A stretch of 64,000 bases of DNA from Mactra antiquata (taxonomy: Eukaryota): assembly GCA_047288015.1 (NCBI GenBank), contig CM103820.1, positions 86,515 through 150,514 on the forward strand, written 5' to 3'. Every line of letters begins with the position of its first letter. Position 1 is the stretch's first letter. Positions 11,342 through 24,244 of the stretch are shown here, one piece after another. The notes under the pieces are model-generated. The model ran no database searches. It was not told the origin of the DNA and saw only the letters and a program-made list of their open reading frames with translations. The translations under genes were made by a program, and so were the position numbers.

Positions 11342-13751
11342 TCTGTCTTATCAGCTAAGGACGAGTTTAAACTGCGGCCAAGTGCGGCCAAATGTGCGGC
11401 CAAGAAACTGCGGCCTTTAAACTGCGGCCCATAAAGTGCGGCCAAATTACAAAATGTTTGTATGAGTTTTCACTCATTGTAAAACATACTATGAAGATGT
11501 TTTTACTTTAAGATGAGTTTAAAATGTGTTATCGTTCATATATTTTATGATTTTGAATTTTAAAGATGAGAAAGAGTTATATTATTAGAATGTTAATACC
11601 CGGGTGGAAGGCAGGTAAATCGTATTGAATTCAAGACAATTTGAACATTTAAACATTCTTACAAAATACTGGCTAATGAAAAGGTATATTGATTTTCTAA
11701 ATTAATATTTACTGCAATATTCATGAAATCAATGTTATTATAATTTTTTAATATATTACAGAAACAAGATAAAAGAGAAGTAAATTATATAATAACGTAA
11801 TTAAGAATGAACGTTAGCAAACTTTGAATGAAAGTACGAACATAAATACTTGTGCGTGTGGTTAATTTTAGTTTTCGCTGTGGATTTTCGTATGATTTTA
11901 AAATTGTATTACATGTATTTCTTAACAGTTGGAGTGGGCATATATTGAATATCAAATACGTGAATTGTATCACAACCATTTAATGGAAGATTTCGAATAA
12001 AAGACATAAAAGCATTTATCTATTTATAATAATGTATTATGGCGGGAAGATTCAGCAAGTTTGTCGAAAAAAAAGTCCCCAAGTAGTATTTTCCTACTTA
12101 AACAACAAGCTTACTACCGAAAAATCATTTCACGTCGTGATTTCAATGTTAAGTGACTTTGGCAATATGTCGCATTTGTCACTTGGAATTGATATTAGTC
12201 TCCATCTGAAAATGTTTCCTACGGGCGTATTTAAACAATACTTAATTCACATACATTTGTATTAGAAGGGAACTTATTTTTTTCCAGACTGTCTTGTAAT
12301 TTCGCGACCACCCGGTTCTAAAATGATGCAAAACGTAATCATTCAATAGTAACTTCCTTAGATATTATTTTGGGAATGAAAACTGAAATTCCATTTGCCT
12401 GTGTCTAACGAAGAGCGATTCAAACACTATTATGTTTGTTTCTGCCCTCGAACCATGTTAACAAGTTTGGTCAAAAGAAATGTTCGATCATTTGTATGTT
12501 TCTTAATATTATCTATCATTATGTATTTTTATAATTATGTATCGAATTACTCATTTTCGAAGGTATTGATAAAAATAATTGGAAATATTTATTTTGTAAT
12601 TTCTTCCCAATTCTACCTAGTATTTATATTGTTACCATACGACTTTAATTTATCCAATTTCGAGTGAAATGAGCAAACTTTTCTCACTGAAAAATGTGAA
12701 TGTTTTCTGCATGGGTTCGAACCAACGACTTGCCCACTTTTCAATTATCATTAGTCAAAGTTTAATAAACCTTAGAGGTCAACAGTTTTTCAATACTCTC
12801 GAGTGACAAGTATAAAAAACTGAGTACATTTCTTTGTTACATTGAGATGAAGTCTACAAACAAGTTTATGTTAAAGGTCAAATTCACTGTTTTGGGAGTC
12901 AATTGTGTTAAAAAGGAATTGTTGAGACATTCACTTTAAAGAAAACAGAATGAAAATCGGACAATAAATGACCAAGATATAACCAATTTAAGCGTTTTCC
13001 ATATAAGGAAATAAGGACACGCCCACTTTATTCATAAAGTTATAAAACACTTGCAAAATGCATATATGCTAAAAAAATAAGTAACATTCTGTTTGAATAT
13101 GAATCTGAAAATGATTACTGTTGAAAACCAACAAGAAAATGTGTTTTAAATACATGTGGTAGCAGAAAAATCAGTTATGCATATTAATTAGATCATCTAT
13201 GACATCATCGATGTCATCATGAATATTCATTTTTGTGACACAAAATCTTTCATAACTCCATTGTTTGATATCCGATTTGGATAAAAATGGTACCATTTTT
13301 CTCAGCTAATAAAGCTCTATTAAATAAATGCATTAACAAAAATTTGAAAATTTTCGAGGAATTTGATCTTTAATCATTTTAAGAAAACTTAATTCATGTC
13401 TGAATTAAATCTTAGAAAATTTAGTAGATAATCCTGGAAACTGAAAAGCGGCGTTAATGTAAAGATCAAGATAACTTAAATACGATTTACCTCCCTTTGA
13501 TCAGGGTATTAATATTTTCCAAATATAAACATTTTCTCATATTAAAAATTCAAAATCATGAAATATTTAATTGATAACACATTTTAAACTCATTTAACCG
13601 TACAAAGATTTTCATATTATGATTTAAAACGAAATAAAACTCGATACAAACATTCTGTAATTTGGCCGCACTTTAGGGGCCGCAGTTTAAAGGCCGCATT
13701 TTCTTGCCCGCACATTTGGCCGCACTTGGCTGCAGTTTAAACTGGTCCATC
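11342..13751. mobile_element. Non-autonomous DNA transposon with roughly 300-bp TIRs carrying GCGGCC subterminal repeats
   Basis: 11342-11640 is the reverse complement of 13445-13751. Each TIR has 5-6 copies of tgcggcc spaced about 12 bp apart. The interior is AT-rich with no ORF longer than 90 codons. Confidence 0.75.
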
Positions 13752-14269
13752 AGCTAACGCTAACCTTTCTCGAAATCTAAGATTATCAACTTTACGAATG
13801 TAAATGTCAAAAAAAGTTGTTGTGAGTTTTTAAAAATATATTTTTCAATACTGTGAAAGTTTAAGAAACTGGACATAAACTTTTCTAACTTTGTAGTAAT
13901 CCGCACCATGAGCCTCGTTTTGAATATTGCTGAACGCGGCCAACCTCGTTTTAAATATTATCATTTCTGACTAAGGGAAATAACTGCGACAAAAATTCAA
14001 GTCGACCCCTATGCAGTTATTTCCCTTATTGAACTCATATATTTCGATGTGAGACCCCCTACAACCTTGTAGATAACTTTGGCCGTGCTTCATTTTTTTA
14101 AAGTTATATGAAAGAAAAAAATGTTTGAATTGCTTACACTTGATTACAAAAACTGACCAGTTGTATTATTTAGTTGCTGTAAGAACCTTATTATAAACAT
14201 ATATACATAAACATATATTTATATAGGGTCCATGTTTGCAGCAAGTTATTTCAAGGGGTTTTTCATTAT

Positions 14270-14755
14270 CATAGGACTACACTCTCCACCAAAGGAAAGT
14301 ACACACTGATATAAAGTTATATAGAGTCACATGTTGAACACAGGACTACACTCTCCACCAAAGGAAAGTACACACTGATATAAAGTTATAAAGTGTCACA
14401 TGTTGAACACAGGACTACACTCTCCACCAAAGGAAAGTATACACTGATATAAAGTTACATAGAGTCACATGTTGAACACAGGACTACACTCTCCACCAAA
14501 GGAAAGTATACACTGATATAAAGTTATATAGAGTCACATGTTGAACACAGGACTACACTCTCCACCAAAGGAAAGTATACACTGATATAAAGTTATATAG
14601 AGTCACATGTTGAACACAGGACTACACTCTCCACCAAAGGAAAGTATACACTGATATAAAGTTATATAGAGTCACATGTTGAACACAGGACTACACTCTC
14701 CACCAAAGGAAAGTATACACTGATATAAAGTTATATGGAGTCACATGTTGAACAA
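14270..14755 (+). repeat. 60-bp tandem repeat x8
   Basis: Unit aggactacactctccaccaaaggaaagtatacactgatataaagttatatagagtcacatgttgaacac. Confidence 0.9.
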
Positions 14756-15254
14756 CGAAATTTATCAAGGTAATGAAGTGTTTTCAAAATTTGGGTTGTT
14801 TATAGACAAATCATTTATTAATGTAACACAATCTCATATATTTAAATTAGAAATCAAAGTTTAGAAAAATTCAAGACAATACTGAAGGATCTAAAATTGA
14901 TAAAATTTACACATTCATACAGGGTGGCAATATTTGCTAAACTTTAAAGATGGCTCTGTGATTCTGGAGCACTGGGAATGAATAAACAAGAGATTAAAAC
15001 CAAGTTTCAATGTATCATTGAGAAATTGAATAAATATTAGAAGTTCAGCATGTGTGATTACATCTCAAACCATGTTATAAAACCATGTGGCTTGCCTACA
15101 TGGTTATTACACACCAGTCTCTTGTGATCTCTGGACATTGGAATGTTCAACATTACTGAGACAAGATTCAAAGGGTCCAGTATACTCAACCCATAAACAA
15201 CTTAAATTGTTAAAACCATTGTTCAACCAATATTTAGGATTTAGGATGATGTCT

Positions 15255-16040
15255 TGCTAACAGAAACAACAAGGTGGGTTTGGACAGAATTCCAAAGTTC
15301 CAGTAATCTAAAGTCAGTAAACAACAAGGTAGGTTTGGACAGAATTCCAAGATTCCAGTAATCTGCAGTCAGTAAACAACAAGGTAGGATTGGACAGAAT
15401 TCCAAGATTCCAGTAATCTAAAGTCAGTAAACAACAAGGTGGGTTTGGACAGAATTCCAAGATTCCAGTAATCTAAAGTCAGTAAACAACAAGGTGGATT
15501 TGGACAGAATTCCAAGATTTCAGTAATTTGCAGTCAGTAAACAACAAGGTGGGTTTGGACAGAATTCCAAGATTTCAGTAATTTGCAGTCAGTAAACAAC
15601 AAGGTGGGTTTGGACAGAATTCCAAGATTTCAGTAATTTGCAGTCAGTAAACAACAAGGTGGGTTTGGACAGAATTCCAAGATTCCAGTAATCTAAAGTC
15701 AGTAAACAACAAGGTGGGTTTGGACAGAATTCCAAGATTTCAGTAATCTAAAGTCAGTAAACAACAAGGTGGGTTTGGACAGAATTCCAAGATTCCAGTA
15801 ATCTAAAGTCAGTAAACAACAAGGTAGGTTTGGACAGAATTCCAAGATTCCAGTAATCTAAAGTCAGTAAACAACAAGGTGGGATTGGACAGAATTCCAA
15901 GATTTCAGTAATCTGCAGTCAGTAAACAACAAGGTAGGTTTGGACAGAATTCCAAGATTTCAGTAATCTAAAGTCAGTAAACAACAAGGTGGGTTTGGAC
16001 AGAATTCCAAGATTTCAGTAATTTGCCGTCAGTAAACTCC
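15255..16040 (+). repeat. 60-bp tandem repeat x13
   Basis: Unit agtcagtaaacaacaaggtgggtttggacagaattccaagattccagtaatctaaagtc. Confidence 0.9.
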
Positions 16041-16194
16041 CAAAAAAATTATAAAAACAATATTTTATTTTATTTGTTTTATTTTAAAATGTACATTTCT
16101 CATATTGCATTGATCAGTAAAGTATGATAAACATTTAAAAAATACTAATAAAAAGTACTGTATGGTGCTTTACACATATTTTCAACAATTTTTT

Positions 16195-16450
16195 AGTCAT
16201 ATCACAATGATCAGTCAACCTACGTGAGGAAGAATGGACATTAAAAAAAAATTCAAGACCAAACTCCAGGAAGGTATGTAGTTCCCACACGGAATCAAAC
16301 CAGCGACCCCTTGATAGGTAGGCAGACACAGAGGTATGTGCTTAGTACTGGTTAAAAGCTTGGGTCTAGAGATCTATTACTAACTAGGGACAGTGAGTAG
16401 GTTGACTGACTGCCGCAATATGACTGAAAAATTGTGGAAAACCAACATAA
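16195..16450. mobile_element. Two tRNA-derived SINE fragments head-to-head (minus fragment 16195-16330, plus tail 16323-16450)
   Basis: Similar to the SINE at 40405-40700 (..ggtatgtgcttagtactggttaaa.gcttgggtctagagatct..gactgaccgccgcaatatgactgaaaaat). Confidence 0.6.
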
Positions 16451-16919
16451 AGCCCCAAACATTACATTACTTTTTTGCAAGTTACAACTCTTACAACAAC
16501 GATCAACCCTGTGTACACCATTTATAATTTGATAGAATGTTCTGACACAGAAATTGTACATGATTTTATTTAAGTGGACATACTAACAGAATATAGAATG
16601 TTACAACTTCCTTAGTAATATACTTTTACATAAACTAGGCCAAAACCATCTATAGAAACATGTCATGTTTAAACTAACTAAATGATTACATTTTGTATAA
16701 ATATTTTGTGCTAGAACATTTTTTTACATTTTATGACATAAGGACATAAATTAAATGAAAGATTACGTTATACACACATATGTGTCACATGACAATCAAA
16801 GTTTGTTAAATCTCAATCCAGATATGTGACACGCAGCACATTGACAAAAGTTTAACGTCACTTTTATGCTGAGCTCGTCATACCAGTATACGATAGTTCA
16901 AAACCTCCTACAATTTTTC

Positions 16920-17490
16920 TGATTTTTTTTTCACAGATAAAATCCCTAATAAAAGAATACTTTATGTAATAGAAATTCACAGACTTAATTTATCATTTTT
17001 CACAGATAAAATCCCTAATAAAAGAATACTTTATGTAATAGAAATTCACAGACTTAATTTATCATTTTTCACAGATAAAATCTCTAATAAAAGAATACTT
17101 TATGTAATAGAAATTCACGGACTTAATTTATCATTTTTCACAGATAAAATCCCTAATAAAAGAATACTTTATGTAATAGAAATTCACAGACTTAATTTAT
17201 CATTTTTCACAGATAAAATCTCTAATAAAAGAATACTTTATGTAATAGAAATTCACAGACTTAATTTATCATTTTTCACAGATAAAATCCCTAATAAAAG
17301 AATACTTTATGTAATAGAAATTCACAGACTTAATTTATCATTTTTCACAGATAAAATCCCTAATAAAAGAATACTTTAAGTAATAGAAATTTACAGACTT
17401 AATTTATCATTTTTCACAGATAAAATCCCTAATAAAAGAATACTTTATGTAATAGAAATTCACAGACTTAATTTATCATTTTTCAAGGTA
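16920..17490 (+). repeat. 69-bp tandem repeat x8
   Basis: Unit cacagataaaatccctaataaaagaatactttatgtaatagaaattcacagacttaatttatcattttt. Confidence 0.9.
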
Positions 17491-18417
17491 AAACTAAATT
17501 CAAGAACTTATAAGGCTCTGTATGAGCACTGGGACGGCTAGTTTTTCTGTTATAAAAAACATAAATAGCAAATTAAATACGTAACTTGTAAATTATTATT
17601 GCGTGACACTCGGATTGTATTTATGTGATGACCACCGTTTGTCTGTATAGACAAAGGTCAATATTTTATGCCTTGTAGTCAGATTTTATTCAGTGAGCCA
17701 TGACTGTACTTTTGTATTTATACATTTTTGGAACATTTCTAATAAAGGTAACACAAACGTGTATTAATTTAGCAGTAGGAATAGGTTTGCAATGTTGTTT
17801 TAGTGGATTATACCTCTCGTCACAGTAATGATTAGACTTTCCCAATCTTTGCGGCTCAAGGAATAAAATCGGACTATACCTGTAGTTCAAGGTTATGTAA
17901 ATGATGGAATTGTTATGACAACAAAAATATTTTGTTAGGTTTACAACTTAAATGACAAAACAAATAAATACACAATCTATGTTGGTCAAAATATTCACGA
18001 AGAGTGAGGGTGATTTTTCCTACCAATGTAATTAATTTGCAATACGCTTTTGCAATCTGTCGAATATTTACATTTTGACTTTTGCGATCAACGGCTAAAA
18101 AAACAAAGTCATAAGACACATAAATATTATTCTAAAAATCGCAATGGAGTTTTCTTTGTATAAAATCACATTGCAGAATGACTTGTATCAAAGTAATTTT
18201 AAGAATTTGTTTATTAAGTGAACGGGACATTTTATTAGTAAGCTAAACAAGTTTACATATAGGTGAAAAAAAGGATTTTGAAAATAAATTGAGAATAAAC
18301 ACAAATGCAGTGATAATAAGGAGAATAGAGTTAAATGAATATTATTTCAAATTTCAAATGTGAATATTTAGTATTAACATTTTATGTTCCTAACATATAC
18401 TAAGTAAAGCATCAAGG

Positions 18418-18724
18418 TTTTCATTCAGGATTTCCCATTAGGGGTCCCAGGAACCCTCATGCTGATGTTTTGAGGGTCCTGGTTAGGAATCTGGGGGCCC
18501 CACTTTATTAATAATAATATAAATGACTAAACTCCATATTATTACTTAAAGAACATTTATTAATGGCAATTAATTTCTTGCAAAAACTGAATAATACTTA
18601 TTGTTTTAATGTTAATCAATGTAATTCTAATACCTCAGTTTTTATAGATTTGAGCGTCCCAGGGGACGCAGTCTATGATATATTATGGGTCCCGGGATTG
18701 ATTCTTGCGTCAGGGACGCATGTT
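18418..18724 (-). mobile_element. Internally deleted copy of an unclassified non-autonomous element (family E)
   Basis: 18420-18530 is the reverse complement of 32540-32650, and 18640-18724 is the reverse complement of 31990-32075. Confidence 0.6.
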
Positions 18725-18961
18725 GCAAAGTAAAAATATCCACAGTCCTGATTAGATGGGTTTTTGTTAGTGTTTTGACCATTTAGAATAAAAATTAAAT
18801 GATTACTGCGTTACTCAGTGTATACATATTTGCTGTTGAACATTCTAAAACATTTTAGCTTTTTCTAATTTTATTGTAACATAATTTACCACAGTTCCAA
18901 ACCATCGTTAAATGATATACATGTAGTAAAGAATAATTTTCAATAATATAAACAGTAAAAG

Positions 18962-19245
18962 CCTGTCTGGCTAGTTCAGCTGGTAGCACACAAGTCTACT
19001 GATTGAGGGTCGTGGGTTTGATTCCAAGGCGGGAACTTTCAAGGAGCTTGGTCATGAAATAATTTCTATGACCATTCTCCCTCCTACCATTGATTCTAAA
19101 TCATGTAGGGAAGATGTCAGTCACTGATAAAAGTATGCGCCTAGTAACTGGTTAACAACTAAACAGTTTTTAGCCTTTTCAGTAACGGTGAGTAGGTTGA
19201 CTGACCGCCATAATGACTTATACAATGTGTTGCTAAGAAAAAAAA
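18962..19245 (+). mobile_element. tRNA-derived SINE (family S1)
   Basis: tRNA-like head gcctgtctggctagttcagctggtagcac...gggtttgattcc followed by the conserved body gtcatgaaataatttct...gattctaaatcatgtagg...gtgagtaggttgactgaccgcc. Confidence 0.75.
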
Positions 19246-19334
19246 AAAATAAACAGGAAGCATACGTCTGAGGTCATTAATCTAGAATAGGGTGTTAAGT
19301 TTCATTTTTTTTGTTAGCACCTTTAATACTATTT

Positions 19335-19430
19335 TTCTTTTGTTTTGGTTGGGTTTCACGCCCGAGAATCAAACCCACGACCCCTCGATTAGTAGACTGG
19401 TGCGCTACCAACTGAGCTAGCCAGGCGGGT
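19335..19430 (-). mobile_element. SINE tRNA-like head fragment (not a functional tRNA)
   Basis: Its reverse complement reads cgcctggctagctcagttggtagcgcaccagtctactaatcgaggggtcgtgggtttgattctcgggcg. The D and anticodon stems do not pair canonically. Confidence 0.55.
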
Positions 19431-19676
19431 TAATATTTTTATAAAGTATTTATGGTAACATAAATTGTAAGGAGCAATCGCAACAAAATGTAAATATAAA
19501 TTTCTAATATTTTATACAATTAATATTACATATATACATGTAGTATAGTTATATTTTTAACAGTTATTAAGGTTTCCATGGATATATTTTGTATTAAATA
19601 AAAAAGTTAACTTACATCATACAACATTATCAAACATCAATAAAATCATTTGTTGTTGGTATACCCTGGTCAAAAA

Positions 19677-20050
19677 AGTTCAGAATATGTGCTTTTAAAG
19701 TGCTTGGTATTGCCACCTCGTAAAAACTGCAGTTTTTTAATGGACTTTTTTCATCAAAGAGTGTGTAGAAACTTTGTAAAAGTTGGATAAACAAACTTTT
19801 TACAAACTTTATTTTAAAAAAAACATTTCTTCTGAACTAAAAATTCAATTTTTTGGTAAGTTCGTAAAAAGAGTGTAAAAAGTTTGTATTTGTGGTAAGT
19901 GCATAAAACAGTGCATAAAAATTGTGTTTATCTGTTGTTGTTTTTTACGATGTTTCTACATACATTTTGAAGAAAAAAGTGCATTGAAAAAGCACAGTTT
20001 TTACAAGGTGCCAAAACCGAGTGCTTTAAAAGTGCATATTACGAACTTAT
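19677..20050. mobile_element. MITE with roughly 55-bp TIRs
   Basis: 19680-19735 (gtgcttttaaagtgcttgg...cgtaaaaactgcag) is the reverse complement of 19990-20045. Confidence 0.6.
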
Positions 20051-20388
20051 CATGTACAGCATCAATAATGAATGAATTACATAATTATATACAGTGATAG
20101 TGATAGTGTATTGTTATTGAGTAGATGTTAGTATTTTAGTACCATATTTACTGTAACAATAATTAATCCCCAATGATTCCAGAGTGACATCATGCAGTTT
20201 CTGAATCTTGATCATGTCCTCTATCATATAAAACTTACTGTGGACTACTTTGAAAGATTGCCATATTTCTATTGTCCTAACAATTATGTTATCTTTCTCA
20301 CCTACACATATTCTCATGTGGCATTTTTTTTTCGCTTCTAGCTCTAACTACAAACATCATATTTACAATTTCTTTTTACGATGTTTTC

Positions 20389-21564
20389 TCATGTGTTTCC
20401 TTCATTTGAAAACTCAGACATACTGACATTATATTTATAAGATTTTTCTTCTGAATGTATTCGCATGTGATTAATTAAATTACAATTTTGCATAAACTTA
20501 GACATACAAATACCACATTTATAAGGTTTCTCTCCTGTATGTATTCTCATGTGACTTCTTAAATTTCCTTTTTGTGTAAACTCAGACATACAAACACCAC
20601 ATTTATAAGGTTTCTCCCCTGTATGTATTCTCATGTGTCGTCTAAAATTTCCTTTTATTGCAAACCCAGCCTCACAAACATCACATTTATAAGGTTTTTC
20701 TCCTGTATGTATTCTCATGTGACTTCTTAATCTTCCTTTTACTGTAAACTTAGACATACAAACATCACATTTATAAGGTTTCTCTCCTGTATGTTTTCTC
20801 ATGTGACTTCTTAAACTCCCTTTACGCATAAACTCAGACTTACAAGCATCACATTTGTAAGGTTTCTCCCCTGTATGTATTCTCATGTGACTGTTTAATG
20901 TTCCCTTTACAGTAAACTCAGACATACAAACATCACATTTGTAAGGTTTCTCTCTTGTATGTATTCTCATGTGACTGTTTAATGATCCCTTTACAGTAAA
21001 CTCAGACATACAAACATCACATTTATAAGGTTTCTCTCCTGTATGTATTCTCATGTGACTTCTTAATCTTTCTTTTACTGTAAACTTAGACATACAAACA
21101 TCACATTTATAAGGTTTCTCTCCTGTATGTATTCTCATGTGACTTCTTAAATTTCCTTTTTGTGTAAACTCAGACATACAAACACCACATTTATAAGGTT
21201 TCTCTCCTGTATGCATTCTCATGTGTTCTCTCAAATTTCCTTTTTGTGCAAACCCAGCCTCACAAACATCACATTTATAAGGTTTTTCTCCTGTATGTAT
21301 TCTCATGTGACTTCTTAAATTTCCTTTCGTTGTAAACTCAGACATACAAACATCACATTTATAAGGTTTCTCTCCTGTATGTATTCTCATGTGATCTCTT
21401 AAATTTCCTTTCGTTGTAAACTCAGACATACAAACACCACATTTATAAGGTTTCTCTCCTGTATGTATTCTCATGTGTATTCTTAAACTTTCTTTTCGTG
21501 TAAACCCAGACATACAAACATCACATTTATAAGGTTTCTCTCCATTTTGTACTTTCTCTTCCAT
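20389..21564 (-). CDS. C2H2 zinc-finger protein, paralog copy 2: 391 codons with at least 13 tandem Kruppel-type fingers, probably the terminal exon
   Basis: Uninterrupted ORF of 84-nt periodic units encoding [28 protein letters not shown]. The stop codon TGA is included at 20389-20391. An AG lies immediately 5' of the first ATG (tttaaagATGG), so upstream exons are possible. Confidence 0.85.
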   Translation of the reverse strand: MEEKVQNGEKPYKCDVCMSGFTRKESLRIHMRIHTGEKPYKCGVCMSEFTTKGNLRDHMRIHTGEKPYKCDVCMSEFTTKGNLRSHMRIHTGEKPYKCDVCEAGFAQKGNLREHMRMHTGEKPYKCGVCMSEFTQKGNLRSHMRIHTGEKPYKCDVCMSKFTVKERLRSHMRIHTGEKPYKCDVCMSEFTVKGSLNSHMRIHTREKPYKCDVCMSEFTVKGTLNSHMRIHTGEKPYKCDACKSEFMRKGSLRSHMRKHTGEKPYKCDVCMSKFTVKGRLRSHMRIHTGEKPYKCDVCEAGFAIKGNFRRHMRIHTGEKPYKCGVCMSEFTQKGNLRSHMRIHTGEKPYKCGICMSKFMQNCNLINHMRIHSEEKSYKYNVSMSEFSNEGNT

Positions 21565-21740
21565 CTTTAAATTATTACATGTAGTTATGTGTTTACTTAT
21601 AAAAGTCTAAGATCTGCTGTTTGTTATATCAAACCATTTAGTCTTCATACACTTTGTATACTTGATATTTGTACAATCATCTGAAAACATAAACACAATA
21701 GTTTTCTATAGAGAAGTCATTATATAGTTAAAATACTCTA

Positions 21741-22088
21741 ACCCGAATGTCAGACGATCCGTCCCCAGTCACATTCGTCCTTGGACGATCCGTCCCCAAA
21801 TTGCCTGCTATAAGCCCTCGAAATTTGTATCACAAGTTTATCAATGCTTGGTACTTCTATTTAAATAGCATTTGTTAACGATTAAAATATTACTACATTA
21901 ACCAAAGAGTCAGAAAAATGAATATCAGAATAAAAACCTTTGTCGAAAATTAATTCCCCTATACACCTTTATAAAATGGGGACGAATCATCTAAACTCAG
22001 AAATTTTGGGGACGGAATGTCCAAGGACGAATGTGACTGGGGACGGATCATCTAGGGGGAGAATAGTCTTGGGGACGGATCGTCCGTA
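21741..22088. mobile_element. MITE with TIR ..gacgatccgtcccc (about 350 bp), present only in duplication copy B
   Basis: The ends cagacgatccgtcccc and ggggacggatcgtccgta are inverted complements, and the element carries internal ggggacgga and tccgtcccc subrepeats. It is absent from the homologous site around position 640 in copy A. Confidence 0.7.
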
Positions 22089-22188
22089 TACCCAACAACA
22101 GCATTGGTACCTTCTCTCCTACAAGCTGGATGTTATAGTGACATGATAGAGTGTTCACTGAGGGCTCATCATGGGACTGTTAGATATT

Positions 22189-22370
22189 GATTATTCTAGA
22201 ACTAAAAAAGGGCAGAAAGCAGAAAAAAGGGACAGGGTGCATCAGAGGGATGATGTTTCAAAGTAATTATTTCTGCATAGGCAGAGGCCAAAAGGGGTCA
22301 GGGAGGAGAGAAAAAGGACAGGGTGCAGCTCCCTGCTATTCTGCTTTAGAATAATCACTACTTAGATAAA
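22189..22370. mobile_element. Palindromic MITE family D (about 180 bp, TIR gattattctagaac)
   Basis: The ends gattattctagaac... and ...ctgctttagaataatc are inverted complements. A second copy lies at 44587-44768. It is absent from copy A. Confidence 0.7.
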
Positions 22371-22779
22371 CCCAAAGTTTAGACTAAGACTTTCCTTGTT
22401 TTCCAGTATTTTGTACCAAATTGTATTTGCCAATAAATCATGATTGTTCATAGCGAGGTTTTTTCCAGGATTTTTGTCATGTGTTGGAGAATGGACCTTG
22501 TACTCGATTCAGGGAAAAAATTTCTGAATGATAAACAAGTGTAAAGGTGATTGAGTATATATACAACTTCTGTAGTCTAACTGTGGATGCAGGCTTTTAT
22601 GGTCAGAACATAGAACGTTGGACTGGTTGCATAGTTAAGCTATGTATACTTGATTCGGGGAAAATTTATAGTTAAATTTCTGAAGTGAAGGGTTCCATAC
22701 AAATGCCTTAGTTTGTTAACGAATAAAAATCAGTATATGATAAACAAGCTATGTTAAAGGAGAATCTACAGAAATGTGT

Positions 22780-22920
22780 AATCCCTGTGGTCACCCATCA
22801 AACCACTAATCTCACAGTACATTGCTTCACTACAATGTGTCCAACGTTTCACATTCTGACCGTAAAAGTCAGCTTTATGTCAGACTACAGAAGTTGTATA
22901 TAAACTCAATCACCCTTACA
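22780..22920 (+). repeat. Monomeric unit of the dimeric dispersed repeat family
   Basis: tgtggtcacccatcaaaccactaatctcac...gtcagactacagaagttgtatataaactcaatcacccttacac matches the units at 1607-1760 and 29575-29730. Confidence 0.65.
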
Positions 22921-24244
22921 CTATGATGGTTATGAAAAATTTAATGTTAAAAGTCAGCTCAAGAACAAACTTTCAAACTAGTTCTGGCTTCCAAAACTTT
23001 AAAAGCTGCTTTTTCAACATTTTGATTTTCATCAGATGCGGCATTAACAGCATACACACAGGTTCGCTGAAGACCTTAAGCTACTTTCAAACCAAATATG
23101 GAATGTTCTAAAAATCTATAAATACAAAAATACAGTCAATGCTCACTGAATAAAATCTGACTGTAACAAGTAAATATTTCAAAACAAATGACAACAGAAT
23201 AAACTATAAGATTTATGAGAAATAAAGTTGTTACCAAGAATAAATTGTTATTTTGACGTCCCTCGTCCTCATTTTCTGTCATTGTATTATCCAAAGAGTT
23301 TTGGTATTCTTGGCGGCACGTTACAATATTGTACTAGAGTCTTACCGAGCTATGTTTGGTAGATTTACGAATATTGAAAATTTTCTCGTATATGTCTGCA
23401 ATGAAACAAGTCAAATGATCTTTATTTAGTAATCTAGTAAAGACAATAACCAAGTTTTCATGGGTGTGCAAAACAACTTGTAATGAAGGTTGTGACAAAA
23501 TGCCTTGTAAATTATGTGCTCACAATAAAGGGAGATATTCCTAATCAAATTAAATATAAACCCAATTTAAATATTTTAAAGACAAAAACACAATAAAACT
23601 ATAGTCATATCGTCATGTTTAAATTTAAAACAATAAGAAGGGAATATAAGATTTTTCTAGGGTAAATCTATTTTTTGACATTGGCAGAAAAAGTAACAAA
23701 ATAACTTATCCCTATATTTATCCGAATCGTTGGATCCATCCGAAATGGAAAAAGTAGATTGGACAGGTGTATTCCGCGGACCCACCGCTATAATTCAAGG
23801 CTTTTGGAACGATTACACGGACCCACTCCTTTTTTCTTATTAATAGATGTATTTCAAAGTTTGAGATATTGTTGGAAAGCTAAGACAATAAACTTTCAGG
23901 AAATATCAAGATATCAAAAATCTGACAATAATAAATAAATAATAATTCAAGTTGAATACGACTCATTTCATCGTTGATATGTGACCTTCAGTCTTACTTC
24001 TTTTTGATGATTCAGGTTTAGTTTTGACTGGGGTCCGTCCACCTCATATTCCGGCTCGACTTAACAAGAAGTTAATGTCTAGAAGTTCACATATACTGGA
24101 ATGACATCTTCTTTCTCTGGACAAAAATCTTCTGCTTCTTTTTAGATGTGACTTCCTAGCAATGATTAACTTTAACATATTTTTCACCTCAACTTTTGTT
24201 TTAATAATCACAACAATATAACATTTTAAAAAACATCTCTAAGT

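Larger units (their letters stand above)
21130..22500. repeat. Segmental duplication copy B (paralog of 1-900)
   Basis: See copy A. This copy contains two extra MITE insertions, at 21741-22088 and 22189-22370. Confidence 0.8.

Noticed and set aside
12690-12740. tRNA 3'-half-like stretch (ctgcatgggttcgaaccaacgacttgccc)
   Set aside because: It is only a T-arm-like motif with no acceptor or anticodon partner nearby. It lies inside the long-TIR element and is probably a fragment.
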